Of a stretch of DNA of 64,000 nt, positions 54,407-64,000 are shown piece after piece. The position numbers and the translations under genes are program-made. The stretch comes from Parasitella parasitica NRRL 2501 (Eukaryota; Fungi; Mucoromycota), in the NCBI GenBank assembly GCA_025201805.1, contig MU619266.1, positions 62,001 through 126,000 of the forward strand, written 5' to 3'. The notes beneath the pieces are model-generated. The model was given only the letters and a program-made list of their open reading frames with translations. It was not told where the DNA came from and made no database searches. Each line of letters begins with the position of its first letter. The first letter of the stretch is position 1.

Positions 54407-55096
54407 GTGTGTGTGTGTGAGATATGTCGAATAGAATGGCAGAATAGAAACCGATACATTTATGGCATATTTTAGAGCTACAGTGGAAAATATTGTGCAT
54501 GAAATTTGTTTACTGACAGCTGTCTTTATTCTAGGTACAAACTTCGTACCGAGACATTCATTGCCACCGAAGGCATGTACACTGGTCAATTCATCTATGC
54601 CGGTAAGAAGGCTACCTTGAACATTGGTAATGTTATGCCTTTGGCCTCTGTTCCTGAAGGTACCGTTGTCTGTAATGTCGAGGAAAAGGTTGGTGATCGT
54701 GGATCTATTGCCCGTGCTTCTGGCAACTATGTCACTATCATTGGCCATGGTGATGATGGCAAGACCCGTATTCGTCTTCCCTCTGGTTCCAAGAAGGTTA
54801 TTCCCTCGACTTCTCGCGCCGTCATTGGTATCGTTGCTGGTGGTGGTCGTATCGATAAGCCTCTTTTGAAGGCTGGTCGTGCTTTCCACAAGTACAGAGT
54901 CAAGCGCAACAGCTGGCCCAAGACCCGTGGTGTTGCCATGAACCCCGTTGACCATCCTCACGGTGGTGGTAACCATCAACATATTGGTAAGGCCTCTACT
55001 ATGGCTCGTGATTCTCCTGCTGGTCAAAAGGTCGGTTTGATTGCCGCTCGTCGTACTGGTCTCCTCCGTGGTACCAAGAAGATCAAGGATGCTTAA
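54056..55096 (+). CDS. RPL2: 60S ribosomal protein L2 (uL2)
   Basis: [16 protein letters not shown]...[11 protein letters not shown]...[21 protein letters not shown]...[13 protein letters not shown]. Confidence 0.98.
54361..54419. repeat. (GT)n microsatellite in an RPL2 intron
   Basis: About 29 GT units with one GC interruption. Confidence 0.95.
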
Positions 55097-55400
55097 TTGT
55101 CTCAACCTTTGTTTTAATAAATTCTTGGTTTCTTGCACTTCTGCTTTTGCATAACCGCTTTACGCAGGTATTGAGAGATGTACCAAACAAACAATTTATT
55201 CCCGTTCCTCGTCCTTTTTTCTAGGCGAATGTTTGTTAAGCTAGAAAGAGATGTATACTCCACGGGCCATTTTCAGATTAAGCTTTCTCCCCTGTCTCTC
55301 CTGTCAGTTATATTTCCCTACATACAAACAAAATAGTTGAGTGCATATAAATAACCTTACATCAACATGGATGAAATCTCTTCAGATTCTACTTTAAAAA

Positions 55401-56626
55401 ATGCCACTTCCTAAAATTTTGGCGCCTTTGATGCCTCAATCGCAGCATTTTCAACAAAAGCAGCATGACTCAGTATTGTCTCCTGCATTGCCAATGAGTC
55501 CTCCGTCTAATAACCCGTACAACAACATGATTGGCTTGGCTACAGAAGAGACGCTAGTCGAATTGAATGAAGATTTAGTATCAGAAACTGCAGTTATCTT
55601 GCACGAAAAGCCAACTTCATTTGACATGTGTGATAACGACCTTTTGATCGAATCCTATCATGACAACGAGCAGCCAGATCAAAAAGTGCCGGCCCCATCG
55701 TCTGCCTTCGAGACAACCATGACTGCAAGGACAACTTATCAAAGCTACGACACATCTTCTTCTTCATTGACCATGTCATTGACTGAGAGCGGCAATGAGA
55801 CACTTGTTGAAATCACAACGGATGACGAGATTGAAGAACCAGTTGAGCATAAAGCATCACCTATGGATCGTACTACACCTGTGACCCCACCTCAGCTGGC
55901 GGAAGATGAGCATGCATTTATTGATGCTATGGATCACGAGCAAGAATTTATGAAAAATCCTTTCAATCCTGCTACGTTTCATCAATCCGCTGAAATGGCT
56001 GAAGTTGCTGAAGTTGCTGAAGAGATCAGCCACGATATCAAGAAATACAATGAAGAGCAAATGGAACAATCAGATGATTTGGTAAATGTCGAAACAATGC
56101 AAGAAGAAGATTTTACTCAGCCTATTCAAGCTCTCTCTACTACCCACTACGGCAATCCCTTCGATGAGCCTGAGGAACCTGATTTTAAGATGAAAACTAA
56201 CTTTAAAAAGACGCCTAGTCGTGAAGGAAGCCTCAAAAGTAAATGTATGAAATTGATTCGCGGCATGAAATTCCGTCTTAGCCAAGAAAAGAAGCAAGGG
56301 AAAAAAGAGAATCGCATGAAAACTACCTTTTCTGATGCCTCTGCTGACCAAGAAGGGCATATTGACACCAACTGTAAGTTTTTGGTTTTCTTCCGAAGGA
56401 AATACATGGATTTTAACTAGTTTGTATAGTGGCAAGATCTGTCTCAACTGTTACTATCGTAGATGAAGAAAGGCTAACGCCTATTTATCGTCGCAATATT
56501 GCCAAATCTATTCTACACAATCTCACCAAGACGGAGCCATTTGAGCCTTACAAATCGCCAGAAATAGGTTCAGATGCTTATGATATCAAAGTGCTCTGTG
56601 ACCAAAGCTTCTTTGGCCGATATTGA
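55401..56626 (+). CDS. Hypothetical acidic low-complexity protein
   Basis: 339-aa ORF plus a short 3' exon after an intron at ~56374-56429; contains NPF tripeptides. Confidence 0.6.
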
Positions 56627-56868
56627 TATTTTAACTAGGAAAAATTTACAACAATGTCCCAAATCAAAAAACTCATTTAATAAAGAAATTTAATCTTATC
56701 CAGTTAGGCAATCGTCTTAACACCTAGAGGGTTATCACCAACAGAAATTTCATTATAGCTTTTTTAACATGACGGCCAAATTTGGCTTCCTGGCAATCTT
56801 GATATTTTACCTTTTGCTTAATACGGTAAGGCAAAATCAGAGTACGAAAATGACAATATTTATTGAGT

Positions 56869-58540
56869 TCATGTTAAATCTTTATAGCTGATATCTGTGC
56901 CATGAACTCCGAATGACTTTGGCATTTTGAGGAAGGCAGGTACTTGATTTGCATGTAAGCTTATTGATCCTGAAGATAGAGTTAAACAAAACAAAAAATA
57001 GGCGCATCTACTTAAAAAATTACCTGTAGCAGGAGATGCTTGTTGCCTATACAAATTCAAGTGATACAGAAACCTATCCATAGTAAATCCCACTGTTTCT
57101 GTCATCGTTACGAGGCCATTATCTGTGCCTGAAAATCGAAGATTTTCTGAATTGAGGAGGTCATCATCAAGCTTGAAGGGTGTAACATTACCGAGACACT
57201 TGAAATTTGTCTGGCTGATAATATGCTCTTCTTGATCTTGATCCTTTGTAGCAGAGTCAAACCATTCTTGATACATTCGTTGTCTAAAATTTGCTAGCCT
57301 CTCTTTACAACCCAACAATCTTTGATTGATTTCATCCCTTGTGTTTTTCAAATGTTGAATTTGCGTATACAAAGATGTCTGATTTTTGCTATTTGCCCAA
57401 GCTCGCTTCAAACCACTGATGCTATTTTGCAAATAAAACGTCTTCAATTCTTCGGAAACTCGTTTTACCTGCCCTTGCAAAGCCTTTAAATCGCCTTGCT
57501 TCATTGCGGATGAGACTTGACCTTCAGAAACTGCTCGTGATTTTCCTTTTGAAGATAAGGCTAAAGGCCTTTCTTGTGATTTTCCTTTCGAAGTTGAGGC
57601 TAAAGGTTTTTCTGGAGCTTTTCCTTTAGATGAGGATGGCTTTTTTTTTTTTTTTTTTTTGTATGTGTGGTGACTTTATTAAATGATATCCAAAGACATG
57701 GTAGCTGTGTATAAGGTCTAAGTAGTAAGGGAAGGAGCAAGAGGTAGACGCAGAACAAAGGAAAGCAGCGAGGGATTAGCCCTGTTTAATTGCCTTTATG
57801 GCCCTATCAAGAGGCACTTGGTGAACCCAAATGGCATTGGAGCATCCCAAAATGCATTGATAGTGGTATGTCCAAATAGTCGAAAAGACCTGACCCAAAA
57901 ACAAGAGATGGTCATCCGAAAGGGGAAAACAATTGGGATCAAAAGTCAACCCCATCCAAATGGCCTCAATATTGGGAAATGCCGCAAAAAAGTTGAAATG
58001 TTGAATCAGCTCAAGCCATAAATATGTCTTGAATGGGCAGCCAACAACTAAGTGATACCGATCCTCATATCCAGAGCAAAAGGAACAAGTAGGAGCAACG
58101 GTACGATTAAGAAGGTGTCTATAAGAATTGCATGCAATGGAATGATGTAGTAGACGCCACCAACGTTGTAGATCTTTACCAGCAAGATCTAGAGACCACA
58201 AAGCCTTCCAGTTGAACGCTCGAAGGTACGGTAAGTACGATCGAATGTGAACGAGGGGAGGATGCGGCCAGGGACGACGTGGAGGAGGAGACTGCCAAGA
58301 GCGACGCAGGACACCGAGAGGGACAACGGACACAGGAAACTTCTCGGGACGACCAGTATCGATAACCCAACCAGTTAGTTTTGGCAACCAAAGAGTTGCA
58401 TAGTGGTGCAATACACCGGCAGAAGAGTTCCAGCTGACTGGTAGCAAATCAGGCGTGACAGACAAGGGAGACGTAATTTTGGACTTGATGGTGGGGTGCC
58501 AAGCAAGATTCTTTTTGCCTAGATCATCAGATATCCGTAG
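56869..58540 (-). pseudogene. Fanzor1-like relic A (RuvC-I region), interrupted by a LINE
   Basis: LRFSGTDNGLVTMTETV resembles a RuvC-I strand with its catalytic Asp, preceded by a long helical region. In-frame 54-nt intron at 56970-57023. The frame continues across the LINE site (DDLGK|KPSSSKGK). RuvC-II/III are absent. Confidence 0.6.
57646..58510 (-). mobile_element. 5'-truncated non-LTR retrotransposon (zf-RVT C-terminus, 3' UTR, poly(A))
   Basis: WKALWSLDL...WWRLLHHSI...CSFCSGYEDRYHLVVGCPFK...IWTYHY; poly(A) at 57641-57660; CTTTTT duplicated at 57640-57645 and 58511-58516. Confidence 0.9.
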
Positions 58541-58549
58541 TGTAGCTCA

Positions 58550-59515
58550 TTTAAATATATTTAAGTTGAAAGAACCGCCTTTTAATCTTAGCGAGTCTGC
58601 CATTTGATTTCACAATACGCTATTTGGAAATTTTATATGCGCTAATTTGTGAGACTATGTTGAAGTCAAATATGATTTAAGCTGTTACAAAATAGCAACC
58701 AACTGTTTATTGATATTAATATATGAATAGAAAAGTATGGTTGTATAGTTCCTATGTGGGTTTAACGATGCAACTCACATTCGAAATATTCATTAAGCGA
58801 AGCACACAGACACTCGTGGAATGAGAACAGAACTGGATTCATTGAAAACCGGAGAAGTTTCAAAATTCTTGATTGCTTGCAGAAAGCGTATACAATCCTA
58901 CGATACAATGTATGGATTTTATAACAGAGGCCTTTGGTAAGTGTAGTAAACTCTTGTACATATTTTAAAAATATGTTAACCAAATGGGATAGGTCTTCAA
59001 AACTAAAGTTTAGATGTTATAGAAAGAAGCTAAAAGCCTTCAGCGAAATAGTCAAGATGTTTACTCATGTTAGCATCAAATATCGTACGGGTGCGTCCAC
59101 TGATGTGAAGTCAACAATGAGAAACAACAACGAGAAACAACAATTCTTACTCCCGCCCTCCACCACTTAATGGATCAGTTAAGGCAAATAAAACTATCAT
59201 TGCCTATGGAGATGGAAAATTTTCACCTACCTTGAAAGGCAAAAGACCTGGACCTACAAAGACTATCATAAAAGCTCTTCAAAAATGCCAAGAAAATCGT
59301 GGCGTTACAGTCCAAATGGTAGATGAATACCTCACCAGTCAAGTCTGCAACAACTGCAAAAAAAGAAATGTTAAAAACGTTGTGCAACGATCAGCAAAGC
59401 GAAGAATACATTCTGTATTACAATGTCAAGAAACCGCGATAAAATGGCTGTAAAAAACATCTCTTTGATACGCCGTGGGTATTCGGTTTATCCAATACAC
59501 CATTACAGGCGAGTA
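58550..59515 (+). pseudogene. Fanzor1 (TnpB-like) relic B with RuvC-II, Zn finger and RuvC-III
   Basis: LCGFNDA...SLKT...GFYN|W..KLKFRCYRKK..FSEIVK; IIAYGDGKF..TLKG..PGPTK; VQMVDEYLTSQVCNNC...HSVLQC; then frameshifted NRDKMAVKNISLI at 59432-59470. Intron at 58937-58992; several stops. Confidence 0.85.
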
Positions 59516-60561
59516 AAATTGTCAAAAAAAAAGAAAGCATCATCCTCTCATTAATTTTCTTTTGGCAGCCTCGCAGACATTTTACCCGAGCATTGTGAAT
59601 CTTCAAAGCGTGCGTTTGGTTCTTTGTAGACAGAGGTTGCACAACAAGATCGATTGCCGAGCATTTTCACGAAAAATCTACCTGCATAAAATAACTGTGA
59701 TTTGTTGGACGGTGCTTATCCTATAGCATTAGCTTTCAACCCATAGGTATTTAATTGTCAAACATGATCTGATTGTATCTATTGTTTGATTCATATAGAT
59801 TTATTCTAATATATAAGTAGACAGCTTCTTATCAATCAAGAAAATCATAATTCTGCTAAACAAAATCTGTACGTTCCCTATTTCATATTATTATCTGATG
59901 GAAGATCACAATATGTACCTATTTACATATTACATTCAGTCATTTCAAAGCTTGAAAATCCACAACAACCTTTTTTAAAGCTTGGATGTTTTATCAAGTC
60001 TTTTCAAAAGCTTCACTCGAGCTTGAATTACACAAGACCTGGCTTGATGTAGCAAGCTTTTTACAAAGTTGGTATGAGCTTGGCTCAACAAAAATACGTA
60101 TATCTACCTTTATTAAGTTGGCGTTTATTGTTTTCCTATTTAACTTTTTTCAGTGAATCAATATAATAACATCCTATATCCAAGTTCTCCGTGATATAAT
60201 TGTATGAAGTCTCTCTGGGAATAATCATTGTATTGCAAAAGTTCTACTTTTACATTTACTCCTTCTTCTTTAACTGTGGATAAAACCTTGATTTACCTCA
60301 TTTGAAGTTGTATTTACTTTCTTCAAATTCCAGTAAGTGAGATAGATAAATATTGTTTGTCTGGTTCCATTGCATGAACAACAGATGATCTTTTTACTTC
60401 AAATATTAGGGTTCAAAAGAACATAAAAGTAAATCTCAGAGGCGTTCTATTCGCCATAATTCATCATCAGGATGCCTTTAGTCGTTGTTCGTGTATTATG
60501 CTTTATTGTATATTTAAGTATGAAGTGGGTATAATTATATTTGCGTTGTAATGATAGCATT

Positions 60562-61248
60562 TTATAAATGAGATTTCTCTTGAGGAGGGGGGATATACCA
60601 AGCCATTTGGCTTTCCTTTGGGGCGAAACCGCATTTTTCATAGAAGGGAATGTTTTTTGTAGAGCAATCCAAAATGACTACAACATGAAGAAACGTTTTA
60701 GTTGGCCTGTTTGTTTAAAGCAGATTTGCTTTTTATATACCTTTGTAACAACCAGTCGATTGACCAATATACTTCAATGCCTCAATGATTCTTAAGCCCA
60801 ACTTTTTGCCTTGGTGAGAAGAGTCTACAGCAATGTCTTCAATATGGCCCACAAGGCCATTCTTGTGCACGAATTTATGCTCGATCAAAATAGTGCCAGT
60901 AGCTGCAATACGATCGTTTTTTTCGTCAGTGATAGTAACGGTGAAATCTAGATATAATGTATAAGTTATGGAGCAAAATACGTATCTAAACAAAAGAGGC
61001 TTACAAGTATCATTATGCTTCTTCATGAATTGGAATTGGCTATTCCAAGTACTCGCTGTATGGTCACCAACTTCGGTTAACACAGATAAAACGTCAAGGT
61101 AACCTCTCTCGAAATCATTGGCTCTGAGAGGATATAGTTTGTAGCCTTCATGAAGACTGGATTGGACGTCGGGTGAGAGATAGTTGTCCTCAAAAAGAGA
61201 TTCTTCAATATTAGTTGATTCTGATTCGACTGTTGTATAGGCGAGCAT
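60562..61248 (-). CDS. GNA1: Glucosamine-6-phosphate N-acetyltransferase
   Basis: PLRANDFERGYLDVLSVLTEVG, ATGTILIEHKFVH...GHIEDIAVDSSHQGKKLG, GCYK|VILDCSTKNIPFYEKCGF; ends ...EKSHL*. Confidence 0.95.
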
Positions 61249-61969
61249 GGTTATTAACTTTAATGTAGAGATAATTCTCGTTTATTTTTTTTCCTTGTAT
61301 TTATATGCTCTTTTTCACCGCGGAACAAGACAATATTTTTAAACCAACTTCCTCGGAGTGGAGCATTTAGCAGAGCTATTAAAAGATATATGTTATGTTT
61401 TGTTTAAAAATAGTCCTAAATGAGGATTGGTGTTCAGCTAGGCTTTATCTAAAAAAAAAGAAAAGAAAAAGTGCAGTGTGTATTTAACACGCTTTTACAA
61501 ATCTTGTATTCCAACATTATATAACAGAGTAGATATATTAGTTGTCTTTCCGAAAAAGAGTAATTACACTTCTCCTGATACAGCCTTTCATTATAAACTG
61601 AAAGGTTCTCAAATTAGGATGGTAGGGAGAGAGAGAGAGGGAGGGAGGCACGATTATTAATTCTTGTACATATCCTCTTTTTGGGATCATGATCTAATGT
61701 ACAATACTTTTATCTCAGGGTGCAGATCCATGTGATTAAAAAATAAATGTATTGTGCAAATAATCCACGTCTCCTGTATTACAGATCAAATAAGCCGTTG
61801 ATAACAGAAGCTGCATCTACTAGATTGTATAGTAGAGCATACAAACAAAGCTGACAATGTGATGGTGTTCATTGATTAATAATTAATCAGTCATTGTTAA
61901 TTTTTATTAATTTATAGTGTGGTATAAGATATAAAATGTATTTACATGTCGAGTTAGGTGTATAATTTA

Positions 61970-63976
61970 CTATTCTTGGTTGTTGTGATCACTAGCAGAA
62001 GTTTCGCTGTCATTATTGTTGTTACCAACAGTTACAGCAGCTGCTGCAGCTGCTGTTGCCTGTTGAAGCAGGATTAATTGATGAAGTTGGTCGGTTGTGA
62101 GCAAAGGGAATGTCTGTGCAGCATTTATAGGTATATTGTTGGTTTTGTTTAGTATTGTGGCATGTGAATTGGAGAATAACTGCTGATTTTGCTGCTGTTG
62201 TTGCAGCCTGAGCTGTTGTTGTTGTTGCTCTTGTCGTTGCTGCTCTTTTGCCATTAATCCCATCCAGTTAATACTTGGTGCCGAACCGCCATATTGAACA
62301 GATGCTGATCTGATATTATTATTCGGTAGGATGGTGCGGACTCCTTTGGGAGCGGCATTACTCGTAGCGTTATTACTATACCCATTAAAAGGCGCAAGTC
62401 CCTGATGTTGTTGCTTGGAGAGTAATACTTGCCGAAGTCCACTGCTATTGCCATCATTAAAAGGAGAGGATTGCTGATCTGGCAATGATCCTGAAACAAC
62501 CATGGCTGCTTCTGGCTTGATCTTAACGTTGATACTTTGACTGCATTTAGCCTTGTTTTCTATGCTCTCCACAGCCGATTTTTTGTTTTCTTCACTCAAG
62601 GAATGTCTTCGCTGCCGTTTATTAGTCAACGCCTGGTTTCCTGATGCGATCCAGGGTGTAAACATAATGGGTCTTCCTCCGGAGCCACCCCCGCTCGTTT
62701 CTACCGCTTTTGCCCCAGTTCCTTTACTCATAATGCTACTATTACTACTAGTTTTATTGGGCTTAGAGTCTAGAGAGTTAGTGGATGAAGTCGCTGCCAT
62801 GATATTCGTTGCTGTGTTACTATTGCCGTTGTTTCTGTTCCTCTTTTTGATGATGTTAGTCTTCAAGCTCAACGGTCTGACCACACCATGCAACTTTAGG
62901 AACAAACCACATGCATTGCAAAGCGGTTTGCCTTCGGGATTTCTTCGCCATAATGGAGTTGTTGTGGTGTCACAGTTTGTACATTGCGTCGCTGTGGAGG
63001 AAGTGTCTTTTTTCAGAGATTGCTGCTGGTGCTTGCTAGAGGGCGGAGAAGGAGTTGCTGTAGGCGTAATTATCGTTGTTTGCAGAGATGAGGCAGTGTG
63101 ACCAACAATGGAATTTTCTGATGAAAGTGGAGTAGCTGGGAAAAATAGTGCGTGAGTAATAAATTATAAAGCACATGTATAAAATAGTTACTATAGTGAT
63201 TTTGTGTTTGTTGTTGTGGAGATGCTGATGGCGTTATATTATTGACATTATTGTTTGGTGATTTATCGTGGTAATACATTATCAGCATGTCCTCAAAACT
63301 TAATGCTCCTGCATTTACTGTGGTATTCATGTCCATTTCAATATCCATATCCTCGTCTTTGTCTTCGTCTACAGGTATAGTTATGCTATTGCTTGTAGTA
63401 TGAGGGAAATATGGTGATTTATAAGCAGCAAACTATATAATACATGTTAATATATCCTCTCCTCTGCCACAAAAACAGATATCTTGCCTTTTCATACATT
63501 TCAGTCCGTGAAGACACATCAAATGGTTGATTGCTCCTACATTGACTCAGTCTCTGTTGTTCTTGCTGTGATTGTTGGCTATTGCCACAAGCTTCCGTTG
63601 CAAAATTCAGATCACAAGGTCGAGTAGATGATGATAGGAGTTGAACTGTATCATCTGGTGCAGGGGATAAGCAAGAGGAATCTTGCTGTTGTTCTGTTAC
63701 CTTTTTCTTATTCAGTGTCATTGCCATCATTCTCCAGGTCAGATTTTCCAATCGAGAACCATTAGGTAGCGTGTCTTTAGCTTTTGTATACAGTCTCCAA
63801 ACTTGGGTTGCCAATGGATCCGTCTTTGATTTATTATTGGACCTTTCTGATTCTTTATCGTCTGCCATCGTCGATGATTTTCTTGGAGGAAATAATGAAT
63901 CTGATAAAAATGTAGAAGCGGCTATTGGAGGTGGCGCTGTTGGAGTCAGGCTTCCACTCTGTAATATCTTGTCCAT
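61970..63976 (-). CDS. areA: AreA/Gat1-type nitrogen-regulatory GATA factor
   Basis: DUF1752-type [36 protein letters not shown] and a C-X17-C finger [50 protein letters not shown]. Confidence 0.88.
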
Positions 63977-64000
63977 ATCGATTGTTTTTAATGCTGTTAT

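Noticed and set aside
54308-55138. 276-aa minus-strand ORF
   Set aside because: Antisense shadow of codon-biased RPL2 that reads through the GT microsatellite.
1-64000. tRNA, rRNA or CRISPR arrays
   Set aside because: No cloverleaf/T-loop signature, rRNA-like segment or repeat-spacer array was seen.

Overview
Eukaryotic, intron-rich, AT-rich fungal DNA whose gene content and short introns point to Mucoromycota/Mucorales (inference, no database search). It has three assembly gaps (16108-16748, 34215-34992, 40107-40126). Conventional genes: MyTH4-RhoGAP, a MAPK dual-specificity phosphatase, two GATA factors (NsdD-like and AreA-like), Sgf73, RPS19, Aip1/WDR1, Med15/Gal11, sideroflexin, an RlpA/expansin-like protein, a TIS11-like tandem CCCH protein, Mad1, RPL2 and Gna1. 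Most unusual content: (1) a nest at ~56.9-59.5 kb of two divergent, intron-containing Fanzor (TnpB-derived RNA-guided nuclease) relics, one split by a 5'-truncated LINE with poly(A) and a CTTTTT target-site duplication, the other followed by a candidate omega-RNA hairpin; (2) a Tom20 receptor fused to a MYND/SET domain that has lost its SAM-binding motifs; (3) a membrane-anchored periplasmic-binding-protein homologue resembling algal cobalamin acquisition protein CBA1, plus a CobD-like PLP enzyme elsewhere in the window; (4) a P5-type ATPase with a signal peptide, Cys-rich ectodomain and non-canonical M4 motif; (5) a six-exon stefin/cystatin-like gene and an HTD2/MaoC-family pseudogene. Exon boundaries were assembled by eye, so coordinates are approximate where stated.
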